Shown in pieces: positions 40,141 to 49,138 of a DNA stretch of 64,000 nt (position 1 is its first letter; every line of letters starts with the position of its first letter). Under the pieces are notes generated by a model. That model worked only from the letters and a program-made list of their open reading frames with translations. It did no database searches and was not told where the DNA came from. The DNA is taken from the IMG/VR virus record IMGVR_UViG_3300032007_000015, one strand, 5' to 3'. The stretch is from a virus (lineage: Duplodnaviria > Caudoviricetes). The position numbers and the translations under genes are program-made.

Positions 40141-43100
40141 TTGATTAAACCAAGCAAGTCAGTACTGGAAACAGCATTGACAAATAATACTTTTGATGTA
40201 GATATGACTGATAAAATTTTGAGAATGGCTCAAGATAATTCATTTGGCTATCTATATAGATTACAAAGAAATATAGTTGGTTATGAAGAATATTTCTATA
40301 CTACATTTAATAATGAAAATATACCAGATTATGGTGATTTGTATTTAGATAGTAAATCTAGAGTTTGTATAAATTTTCCTGTTGACTTAATAGTACCAAC
40401 AAAAAGAGAAAAATATAGATATTCTAAATTTCATAGACAAGAAGTTAATTTAAATGATATTAGAAATGAAGTAAATATATTTCAAAAATTACCAATAATT
40501 ACAATAGATAATCATATATTAAAAGAATATAGTGTTAAAATATATGATGGATATTTCGTAGCAATTCTTCCATTCGGAAGAGATTTTTTATTTGAAAAAT
40601 TTATGAACGAAGAAAAAGGACATTATGAATATATTATTCATGATATCAAACTTCAAATAATAAATAATACGAAGATATATGATATATCTATAAATAAATA
40701 TATGATGCAATTACAGTCAGAAACAAAAAAAGATTATAATAGATTGCAACTTGATTATATATCAAATAGTCTTGGTGTAAATATTGATAATCGTTCTGAT
40801 GGAATATATTTTGCTTCTATATATAGTGGTAACGATGTATTAGGAACACAATTACAAGAAATCACTATTGATAGTAAATATGTTTACTTATCATTAGACC
40901 AAGAAGCAGTTGACTTTATTGAAAAATCTAATTCAGATTTAATGATACGATTTATATTCTTCAGATATCTTCATAAACATACACCATATAACAAATCATA
41001 TGTTAAGTCAAGATTATTCAATGGATTACCAACATCTGAATTATTTCTTATTCAAAAAGAAGAAGGAATTCAGCATGATATGCCAGTTCCTACAGAAAAT
41101 TTATTTATTTATAAATTTAATAGTAAGAATATTGTAGATGGTAAACCACAATCTAAAGAATTAATGCCAAATTCTAATGTTGATATTAGATATCCTAATA
41201 TTTATAATATAAATAATATAGAAGCTAATGATGGATTTAATGTATATTATTTCTATCAAAAAGGATATGATTTACATTATAACTATATGTATGGATTCTT
41301 TATGAGATACCTTTATTATAAATGGGGTGAAAATAAAAATCGTACATTAGAACAAATCATAAATGAGTTATACTTTGGCGATATTGATATTGAAGGTCCA
41401 GAAGGAATTATAATTGATTATGATGATTTAGTTGATTATGTTGTTTCAAGACACGTAATACTTATGGTAAATGATGGAACTTTATCAGAAGATAAAGCTG
41501 GTTCATATTACCAATATATACTGGATAATGTTTCATTAAAAGAGAAGCTTGATTCTTCTGTTTATGATGCATATTTAAATTCAGCATATTTAGAAAATGA
41601 ACAACAGTTACCAGTTGCAATTTCGCAATTTAATGAAATATTTGATTTTATAATTAATCATGGATTTATTGAGTATACTTATGATGAAAAAGATTATAAA
41701 ACTTCTTATAGTGGTTCATTAGCTCCAATAGAATATAAGATTATGAAATTAAAAAGTTTTATAAAAGATGATTTTAATATACTTCACAATTATGTTAAAA
41801 ATCAAAATCAGGTTAGTATAAAATACAGTTTCTATATAAAAGATATGGATATGACTAAACGTTATAGAACTAAACCTGATAAATCAACATCATCATTAAT
41901 ATTTTCAGAACCAATGTATTTATTTACATTTGATAATTCTAATAAAAAGAATTCGTTAATATGTAGAATTTATATTGATGGGTTATTATGTACAGATGTT
42001 CATATAGAATCATTTAATTTTATGAATTATGTATATATTCCAGTTAGAAAATTTACTGATGCAAAATTTGTAGAAATAGAAGTATACCCTAGTTATTATG
42101 CAGATAGAGTTATTAAATTTGATAATAAGGATGAATACATTGATTTAAGTTTTGACCCTGATGAACAAATTATTCCTACAATTTCTGATTTATATTTTGA
42201 AACTGAAAACGGTGATGCTATAGATATTTCACAATTTAAAATTCAATTAATATCAGATAATTATAGTTATAATTATAATAAAGATACTCCAGCATATAGA
42301 GCAACTGACCATAGTGGGTATTATGTATTAGATTCTGATGTTTATAAATTTTATGATGAAAATGGAATAAATGATATAAATAAAGATATAAACAAATATG
42401 AATTGCAATCATTACAAATTTCAGGAAAAATTGAATATTCTCCTATTACTATAACTATATGGAATAATGAGTTAGATATTAATAGAGATGATGAGTACGT
42501 TACATTTTCTCAAGTTTGTGATGGAGAATCCATTATAAATACAAATAACACTGGTGTGTATTCAACTAAAATAACTAGACCAAAAGATTTTAGTAAAAAA
42601 TCGACAGTTTATTTTATCAATGATGAATCGGGTAATTATTATACTATTAATGGTATTTATCATAAATCAAATGGTGAAATTGAAAGTGGATTAAATATTT
42701 TAACTTCAGAATTAAAAGAAAAAATCAAAAATGGTGATGTTAAAAAAGGTGAAATTCTTAATAATTTAAGAATTAGAATTAGATTAACAACCGATAGATA
42801 TTATGGGGTTAATATTCATGCTAAGATAAGTAAAGAATCCATATTCAAATATCAAACACTTGAATATGCAAATTATCCATCTGTAGACTTACCACTTGAT
42901 AATGTTAACTGTGATTGGGAATATATACGTGCATTCAGAGATGGTAGATTAATATCTAAAAATCAGTATCAACCTATTACAATAGATGATGAAAACATTA
43001 TTCAATATTTTCAAAGAATTGAAGCTGGACATGAAATTGCAGTAGATTTAACTCCATATAGAAATAGATTAGTCTATTATAAAGAAGAGTTAAGTAGTGA

Positions 43101-43704
43101 TATTGTTGACTTAAAAGGATATATTAATAAGCCATTTGATAATCAGTATTATGATGTATATTTAAATGGACGAAGATTAAGTCGAAATAATATATTCCCA
43201 TTTTCTCCTTATAGTTTTAAACTTGCAGGAACACATTCAATTTATAACTTAGAAGTTTATGAAAAAGATAGAGATTGGGAATATTATGGTTGTGATTTTG
43301 ATGATTACTTTACATTATCAGACTTAATTAAAAAATCATTTATTGAATCTAGTATATCAGAAAAGTTAATTCATGATATAACTGGTGACTTAGATTCAAA
43401 TGATAATACAGAGGAAAAAGAACATTATGAAAGAGAATTAACAATTGAAACACTTTATTTTGAGATATTCTATTATAATGAATTACTTCCATTAGGATTG
43501 GCTGACCCAGATAAAGTTCAATTTAATTCTAATATGGTTAAAAAAAGGTATCCTATAGTATGGGATATGTATAATACTATTAATAATAAAAATGAAACTG
43601 TATTATTTTTAAATCCAGATATTATTCATGAAGGTGAAGATTTTACTAGAGATAGAGTTTATACTATGTGGAATAGTGATGAATTTATGGAAAATTTAGA
43701 ATAA
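40141..43704 (+). CDS. Large virion structural protein (baseplate/tail-associated?)
   Basis: 1187 aa; recurring IYIDGLL/AFRDGRL/VYLNGRRL motifs; AAAGGAGG RBS; AACA-N6-TA at 40094-40105. Confidence 0.55.
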   Translation: MIKPSKSVLETALTNNTFDVDMTDKILRMAQDNSFGYLYRLQRNIVGYEEYFYTTFNNENIPDYGDLYLDSKSRVCINFPVDLIVPTKREKYRYSKFHRQEVNLNDIRNEVNIFQKLPIITIDNHILKEYSVKIYDGYFVAILPFGRDFLFEKFMNEEKGHYEYIIHDIKLQIINNTKIYDISINKYMMQLQSETKKDYNRLQLDYISNSLGVNIDNRSDGIYFASIYSGNDVLGTQLQEITIDSKYVYLSLDQEAVDFIEKSNSDLMIRFIFFRYLHKHTPYNKSYVKSRLFNGLPTSELFLIQKEEGIQHDMPVPTENLFIYKFNSKNIVDGKPQSKELMPNSNVDIRYPNIYNINNIEANDGFNVYYFYQKGYDLHYNYMYGFFMRYLYYKWGENKNRTLEQIINELYFGDIDIEGPEGIIIDYDDLVDYVVSRHVILMVNDGTLSEDKAGSYYQYILDNVSLKEKLDSSVYDAYLNSAYLENEQQLPVAISQFNEIFDFIINHGFIEYTYDEKDYKTSYSGSLAPIEYKIMKLKSFIKDDFNILHNYVKNQNQVSIKYSFYIKDMDMTKRYRTKPDKSTSSLIFSEPMYLFTFDNSNKKNSLICRIYIDGLLCTDVHIESFNFMNYVYIPVRKFTDAKFVEIEVYPSYYADRVIKFDNKDEYIDLSFDPDEQIIPTISDLYFETENGDAIDISQFKIQLISDNYSYNYNKDTPAYRATDHSGYYVLDSDVYKFYDENGINDINKDINKYELQSLQISGKIEYSPITITIWNNELDINRDDEYVTFSQVCDGESIINTNNTGVYSTKITRPKDFSKKSTVYFINDESGNYYTINGIYHKSNGEIESGLNILTSELKEKIKNGDVKKGEILNNLRIRIRLTTDRYYGVNIHAKISKESIFKYQTLEYANYPSVDLPLDNVNCDWEYIRAFRDGRLISKNQYQPITIDDENIIQYFQRIEAGHEIAVDLTPYRNRLVYYKEELSSDIVDLKGYINKPFDNQYYDVYLNGRRLSRNNIFPFSPYSFKLAGTHSIYNLEVYEKDRDWEYYGCDFDDYFTLSDLIKKSFIESSISEKLIHDITGDLDSNDNTEEKEHYERELTIETLYFEIFYYNELLPLGLADPDKVQFNSNMVKKRYPIVWDMYNTINNKNETVLFLNPDIIHEGEDFTRDRVYTMWNSDEFMENLE

Positions 43705-43714
43705 ATGAAAGGAT

Positions 43715-44947
43715 GTGAATAAAATGTCTTTAACATCTAAAGATCCTAACATTAGATATGCAAATGGATTTCTTAATTTAAAATATAAAGATAAAGCAAT
43801 AACAGATGAATCAATGCTTGATAAAACAAGTGGTGAATTATTTTATAAAAGAAAAAGTGATAATAAGATAATATCATTTACTAGAGATAATAAAGACGTT
43901 GCAGATATACTTGAGACAACTAAATCGTTAATTGATACTAATATTCAGTTTAAAAAGCCTAGTAAATATAATGCTCCAGAATATTATAGCGATACATATT
44001 TTATGTCATTGAATTATGATGTTAGTGAATATGAATCATCTACAACAAATAGGTCATTATTGTCTGGTGCTATTTATTTGAATAATGAATCAGAAAACAT
44101 AAATGTTAGTCTTGAAACAAATGGTTTCTTTATTGGTTTATATACAGGACCAAGAAATAAACCATCTATTGATTATTTAACAGGATTATATGATAATTAC
44201 GTTAAGAATTATAATAGTGATGATACATTAAATGATAGAAAATCAAAATATGATGATCCAACATATGATATGTCTAATATAGTAATTGAATATAGATATA
44301 CGTTATGGAAAGAAAATACTGTTGTTATAAAATATGATAATGTTGGTAATGTACGTTTAAATGAAATATCATATGTACAAATATTTGATGATATTCCTGA
44401 TAATATTCATGATATTGCAACACACGCAACAATTGAAATAGATAGAATATATTCAGATAAATTATCATATGCATATAAGAATTTACTTTCTGAATCAGAA
44501 TTAAATATAGTAAATTCACTTATTGATATAACAGATTTTGAAATAAATTATGGTACAATGTCATTCTTTACTTGTACTAGTGAATCTCCAAAATCTGGTT
44601 ATGTAATTCCTAGTAGTAAATTGATATCTAATATATCATTATTTATGCCTCTTAATGTGTTTGAACAATGGATCACGCAAATTGGTAATATAGGAAATAA
44701 TAGTGGTATAATTGTTTCAATTAATCAACCTAATGAAGAAGAATGGGCTAAAGTAACTATATGGGCTGAACAAATTAGAAAAGTTTATTCTAAATCAGAA
44801 GTTATTGATACTGGTGCATCTACAAGTTTTGATGAATTAGATAAATTCTTCGGTGCTTCAGATATTATAATAGCTCCATTAACATTAGATTCTAATGTAT
44901 ATGGTTACTATGTTAACTTATTAAAAGAATCTAAAATAACAGTATAA
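43715..44947 (+). CDS. Putative virion structural protein
   Basis: 410 aa, co-transcribed with previous gene. Confidence 0.5.
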   Translation: MNKMSLTSKDPNIRYANGFLNLKYKDKAITDESMLDKTSGELFYKRKSDNKIISFTRDNKDVADILETTKSLIDTNIQFKKPSKYNAPEYYSDTYFMSLNYDVSEYESSTTNRSLLSGAIYLNNESENINVSLETNGFFIGLYTGPRNKPSIDYLTGLYDNYVKNYNSDDTLNDRKSKYDDPTYDMSNIVIEYRYTLWKENTVVIKYDNVGNVRLNEISYVQIFDDIPDNIHDIATHATIEIDRIYSDKLSYAYKNLLSESELNIVNSLIDITDFEINYGTMSFFTCTSESPKSGYVIPSSKLISNISLFMPLNVFEQWITQIGNIGNNSGIIVSINQPNEEEWAKVTIWAEQIRKVYSKSEVIDTGASTSFDELDKFFGASDIIIAPLTLDSNVYGYYVNLLKESKITV

Positions 44948-44963
44948 AAAGGAAGGTGATATT

Positions 44964-45146
44964 ATGGCTTCAGTATCTGTTTTTGATAAAACATATCAGA
45001 TTTCAAATTTGAACTGTGTAACGGATATTAAAAATGCAGGAAAAACTGATTTTGTTGCAAAGATAGATTCGGCAACGAAATTAAACCCAAAAAGAATAAG
45101 TCTTAGATCATCTAAGGTTGCAAAAATTTATATACAAAAAATTTGA
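44964..45146 (+). CDS. Small hypothetical protein
   Basis: 60 aa, GGAAGGTG RBS. Confidence 0.65.
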   Translation: MASVSVFDKTYQISNLNCVTDIKNAGKTDFVAKIDSATKLNPKRISLRSSKVAKIYIQKI

Positions 45147-45157
45147 GGTGATAAAAT

Positions 45158-45397
45158 ATGGCTAATTTATCAAATATTGAATACTCAGATGTTGTTCTTC
45201 ATAGTAAAACTATTGAAGATGAAACAACGACAAATGGAATAATATTTCCGATAACAAGATATGCAAATATTTTAAACTCACCAAAAGTTGTATCAGATCC
45301 ATCATCAGCTAATAATCCAGATTTTTTATTATTAAAAACTGGAACAGAAACTATTGCTGATAATGAAATATACAGTATGATTGGTGTAGAATGGTAA
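45158..45397 (+). CDS. Small protein with FPITR fibre-joint-like motif
   Basis: 79 aa, GAGGTG RBS. Confidence 0.65.
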   Translation: MANLSNIEYSDVVLHSKTIEDETTTNGIIFPITRYANILNSPKVVSDPSSANNPDFLLLKTGTETIADNEIYSMIGVEW

Positions 45398-45427
45398 AAG
45401 AAAAGAAAGAAAGGAAAGTGATTATTT

Positions 45428-45706
45428 ATGTCAAATGTTGTTAATTCGCGTTTATATCTACCATTAGAAGATGGTGAAAATACAGATGATAGAAAAGTAA
45501 TGCATCCAGAAACTAATACAAGTCAGATTATTATCGATCCTGAAGCATTACCAAATTATGGTGGACAAAATATCACACAATATGTTGATGATACAGTTCA
45601 TCTTGTAAAAACAGGTGTAACAGATGCAAACTTAAATATTAAACCTTCAATTGAAACAACTGGTAGACCATATACAGCATTTATTGTTACAGGTGTAATT
45701 AACTAA
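45428..45706 (+). CDS. Small protein with HPET fibre-joint-like motif
   Basis: 92 aa, AAAGGA RBS; terminator at 45710-45745. Confidence 0.65.
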   Translation: MSNVVNSRLYLPLEDGENTDDRKVMHPETNTSQIIIDPEALPNYGGQNITQYVDDTVHLVKTGVTDANLNIKPSIETTGRPYTAFIVTGVIN

Positions 45707-45787
45707 ATAAAAAGATAGAGTAAGGTTGAACCTTACTCTATCTTTATAAACTTTAATTTAATATATACTTTGTTGGAGGTGGTAAAT

Positions 45788-46216
45788 ATGAAAAAAATAT
45801 TAAAATATTTATTTAAAGAATTAATATTATTTCTAATTGGTGGTGCCGCATATTATATGACAGAAATATTATATAGAGGATATAGCCACTATTCAATGTT
45901 TATACTTGGTGGGTTATGTTTCATCATAATAGGTGAATTAAATGAAGTATATTCTTGGGATATGGCATTCATCTCTCAAATGTTTCTATCATCAATAATA
46001 GTAACTACACTTGAATTTATAGCTGGCTGTATTGTAAATTTATGGTTAAATTTACACGTATGGGATTATTCACATATGCCTTATAATTTGTTGGGGCAAA
46101 TATGTTTACCTTTTACAGTAATATGGTTTTTCTTTTCAATCATTCCTATAGTGCTAGATGATTGGATAAGATATTTATTCTTTAATGAACAAAAACCAAA
46201 ATACAAAATATTTTAA
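45788..46216 (+). CDS. Multi-TM membrane protein, CmpB-like putative ABC-transporter permease family
   Basis: TEILYRG..H.SMFILGG, LEFIAG, WDYS..PYNLLGQICLPF; GGAGGT RBS before ATG 45788. Confidence 0.75.
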   Translation: MKKILKYLFKELILFLIGGAAYYMTEILYRGYSHYSMFILGGLCFIIIGELNEVYSWDMAFISQMFLSSIIVTTLEFIAGCIVNLWLNLHVWDYSHMPYNLLGQICLPFTVIWFFFSIIPIVLDDWIRYLFFNEQKPKYKIF

Positions 46217-46264
46217 ATAAAAAAGACAACTCTGAAAAAATCAGAGTTGTCTTTTTTATTATTC

Positions 46265-47053
46265 TTATGAATTTATATCCGAATAATGTTTTACAGATAA
46301 ATCTAACGTTGGTCGATATATAATTTCTACATATCGTCCATTTTTTAACTTATAAAAGTCAGATATTTTTCCTAATTTATCAACAGCTCCCTCAGCATAT
46401 TTAATTTGATTACCTTGAAAATTAGTTATCGCATCTAGACAATTTACAATACTTTTTTTCTCATCATCTTCAAAAGTCATATGATTAATTGTGTTAATAA
46501 TATCATCTTTATTATCAGCAACAAACGAGCTTAATATATAATTTTTTTCCTCATTATATAATTTTATATTAAAAACAAAAAAATATTCAAAGCTATTCAT
46601 AATCACATCTTTTAATTGACCTGTTATATTAAATCTTTCCATATTTATTTCTAGTGATTTTAAAAAATCACCATCCTTAGTTCTCAATGAGGATGCTTTC
46701 CAATCTGATAACATTTCTATTATATTTACAATATTCATTCCACTTACACCATTAGAAAAATGCTCTGGATGATGTTCATTAAATTTATAATGATGTTCAA
46801 GCCCTTCACCCATTTCTTTTAGTTGTTCTTTGTACTCGGGACTACCATATTGCAAGTTTTTTAATTTCGTTGTTACTTTTGTAAATACACTTAATTCAGG
46901 TTTACTAAGTTTAGAATTATCATGGCGTGATGCAACTTGATTTAATTCTGCATTTATACACCCAATCACTTGTTTAACTGCAAGTTTATGTGTCATAATA
47001 TCAGTCATAGTATCATTTGTATCTTTTTTATTTGAATTTATATTATCATTCAT
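46265..47053 (-). CDS. DUF5662-like HD-type hydrolase
   Basis: THK, RHDNSKLSKPE, LEHHYKFNEHHPEHF, IEMLSDW. Confidence 0.65.
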   Translation of the reverse strand: MNDNINSNKKDTNDTMTDIMTHKLAVKQVIGCINAELNQVASRHDNSKLSKPELSVFTKVTTKLKNLQYGSPEYKEQLKEMGEGLEHHYKFNEHHPEHFSNGVSGMNIVNIIEMLSDWKASSLRTKDGDFLKSLEINMERFNITGQLKDVIMNSFEYFFVFNIKLYNEEKNYILSSFVADNKDDIINTINHMTFEDDEKKSIVNCLDAITNFQGNQIKYAEGAVDKLGKISDFYKLKNGRYVEIIYRPTLDLSVKHYSDINS

Positions 47054-47058
47054 TTCTT

Positions 47059-47604
47059 TTAATCCTCCTTTACCATAACTTTCTTTAAAGTTCCAAATTC
47101 TGTATCTATGAATTCTACAATGCTTTTAGCAAAATCTTCTATTGTATCATTGTTTTTTAATATATAATCATATTTAAAGTTATTAACATTTGCGTCAGAA
47201 TAATTTGATACAATTTGTTCAATTGAATCTCTTACTATCAATATAGTAAAAATATCAATCTTTGATTTATCAACAGATTCTATCAATTTAGTTATTTCTG
47301 ATGGTTCTCGTATATCAATAATTAATATTTCATATTTATCATTAGTTAAAAATTCATTAATTTGTTTAAGTAATGAGTTATTTGGAAAATCATTAAAATC
47401 TGTTAGTATTTTTTTCAAATCACTTAAGAACTTTCTTGATTTTTCATCTTTAGTACCATCCCATCCACATTCTGTTGCAATTTTCTTAACATCATCAATA
47501 GATGAAATCTTTAATGTTGGAATATACTTACTTAATATTTCTGCAAATGTATCTTTTCCAGAACAAGCCATTCCATTTGTAATAAATACAGTTTTCTTTT
47601 TCAT
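47059..47604 (-). CDS. Deoxynucleoside monophosphate kinase-like P-loop protein
   Basis: GMACSGKDT, SRKFL, IIDIREPSE, DYILKNN; adjacent to thyA. Confidence 0.7.
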   Translation of the reverse strand: MKKKTVFITNGMACSGKDTFAEILSKYIPTLKISSIDDVKKIATECGWDGTKDEKSRKFLSDLKKILTDFNDFPNNSLLKQINEFLTNDKYEILIIDIREPSEITKLIESVDKSKIDIFTILIVRDSIEQIVSNYSDANVNNFKYDYILKNNDTIEDFAKSIVEFIDTEFGTLKKVMVKED

Positions 47605-47625
47605 TTAATACTTATCTCCTTTAAT

Positions 47626-48522
47626 TTATTCAGCAACAGGAATATTCTTTATCTGATCACCATGATAATAATCTTCAACAATAAGGTCTTTTGTTGTAAA
47701 ATCATAAAAATTAGTAATTTCTTTATTAAGACTAACCCTTGGTGCTTTAAATTCAGTTCTTTCAATTAATCCTTTTATGATATCAATATGTCTATCATAT
47801 ATATGAGCATTTGCAATCATATGAATTAATTTTCCTGGTTTTTTATTTGTAACTTGTGCAATCATCATTAAAAGAATTGCATACTGTGCAACATTCCAAT
47901 TATTTGCAACTAATACATCATTACTTCTCTGATTTAATAATAAATTTAACGTATCATTTGTAACATCGAATGTTATTGAATAACAGCAAGGATGAAGATT
48001 CATTGAATCTAAGTCTTCTATATTATATAAATTTCCAATAATTCTTCTAGAATTAGGATTAAACATAATTTCATGAATTATATAATCAATTTGATTAACT
48101 TTTGCTGTTTCATCAATTACTTCATAATTATTATTAGGATGAACTTTTTCTAATTTTTCTTTAGTTGTACGAATAGTTTGAAATTTATTTCCAACTTGCC
48201 ATCCATAAGCTTTTCCAATGAGTCCGTGTTCATCTGCCCATTGGTCCCATATGTGGGAATTTAACTCATGAATATTATTTGAACATTTTTGCCATATCCA
48301 AAGAATTTCATCCATAGCAGTTTTTAATGCAGTAGGTCTTAATGTAATAGCTGGAAATTCTTCAGATAAATCATATTCATTTACGATTCCAAATTTTTTA
48401 ATAGTATGTGCATCAGACCCATCTTCCCATTTAGGTCTAATCTTTGAATCAGGTAAATCATAAACACCATAATTCAAAATTTCTTTACAGGTTTCTTTAA
48501 AAATTTTATCTGCTTTACTCAT
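47626..48522 (-). CDS. thyA: Thymidylate synthase
   Basis: DEILWIW, IWDQWAD, IGKAYG, PNSRRII, LHPCC (catalytic Cys), QRSND....NWN, NAHIYDRH. Confidence 0.95.
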   Translation of the reverse strand: MSKADKIFKETCKEILNYGVYDLPDSKIRPKWEDGSDAHTIKKFGIVNEYDLSEEFPAITLRPTALKTAMDEILWIWQKCSNNIHELNSHIWDQWADEHGLIGKAYGWQVGNKFQTIRTTKEKLEKVHPNNNYEVIDETAKVNQIDYIIHEIMFNPNSRRIIGNLYNIEDLDSMNLHPCCYSITFDVTNDTLNLLLNQRSNDVLVANNWNVAQYAILLMMIAQVTNKKPGKLIHMIANAHIYDRHIDIIKGLIERTEFKAPRVSLNKEITNFYDFTTKDLIVEDYYHGDQIKNIPVAE

Positions 48523-48629
48523 AATTTTTCCTTTCTTATACAATATGATTTTTAAATAATTTAAACTTTAATGAAATGTACCAAATACTATAAAAAATAA
48601 AAAAAAAATAAATTTCAGGGATAACCCTA

Positions 48630-48656
48630 GAGCAGTTTATAGACTTGCTCAGGTCT
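48630..48656 (-). ncRNA. Compact pseudoknot motif, copy C (followed by hairpin and T-run)
   Basis: AGAC-CT-GAGC-AA-GTCT-ATAAAC-T-GCTC then AGGGttatCCCT and T-rich tail. Confidence 0.7.
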
Positions 48657-48662
48657 TGAAGA

Positions 48663-49004
48663 CTACTGTGGGATGTAGTCTTCTTTAATAATGTCAATTT
48701 TAAGTAGACGTTCCCACTTTACAAAGTGGAAATCTACTTTATCTTCACCTCCTTCTGGCTGTGGTATTAATACACGGTCATTTACAGCCATAATGACCGG
48801 TTTATTTCCTGCAATCTTCAGGAACTGAGCCTGAAGATTTATTGGTGCGACTATCGCAATGATGTCGCACTCATTAATTTCGTCTGCGATTTCATATGCT
48901 GATGAGATTGTCTTGTTGATGTTGACAATTTCAACGTTATTGCCGAGAGCAGCAAGCTGCTCTTCAGTCATCTCGTGTCTTGAAAACCATAATATTTTTT
49001 TCAT
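48663..49004 (-). CDS. Small Rossmann-like protein resembling Csx16/Csx20 ring-nuclease family
   Basis: KILWFSRHEMTEEQL, DIIAIVAPINLQAQFL; AAAGGAG RBS; higher GC cassette. Confidence 0.45.
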   Translation of the reverse strand: MKKILWFSRHEMTEEQLAALGNNVEIVNINKTISSAYEIADEINECDIIAIVAPINLQAQFLKIAGNKPVIMAVNDRVLIPQPEGGEDKVDFHFVKWERLLKIDIIKEDYIPQ

Positions 49005-49075
49005 GTTAACTCCTTTCCCAGTTAGACACATGAATTCTAACTGACGTGGTTTTATTTAGGATTACCACGGAACCT
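49000..49075 (-). promoter_or_regulatory. Tandem-pseudoknot 5' leader RNA, copy 3
   Basis: AGG TTC CGTGGT AAT CCT AAATAAA ACCACG T CAGTTAGA ATTCATGTG TCTAACTG GGAAAGGAGTTAAC ATGAA. Confidence 0.75.
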
Positions 49076-49090
49076 TTATAATTTTTATTT

Positions 49091-49134
49091 TTTATTAACA
49101 AAAATATTATATCAATATACACATAGAGTTTACG
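49091..49134 (-). promoter_or_regulatory. Early-type promoter of cassette
   Basis: CGTAAACTCTATGTGTATATTGATATAATATTTTTGTT, nearly identical to 32622-32665. Confidence 0.65.
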
Positions 49135-49138
49135 GATT

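Noticed and set aside
15274-49075. Leader motif as hammerhead/HDV ribozyme or canonical preQ1 riboswitch
   Set aside because: No CUGAUGA/GAAA core or HDV nested topology recognised; differs from canonical preQ1-I (U at the specificity position, long P2, short P1 in two copies, no que genes)
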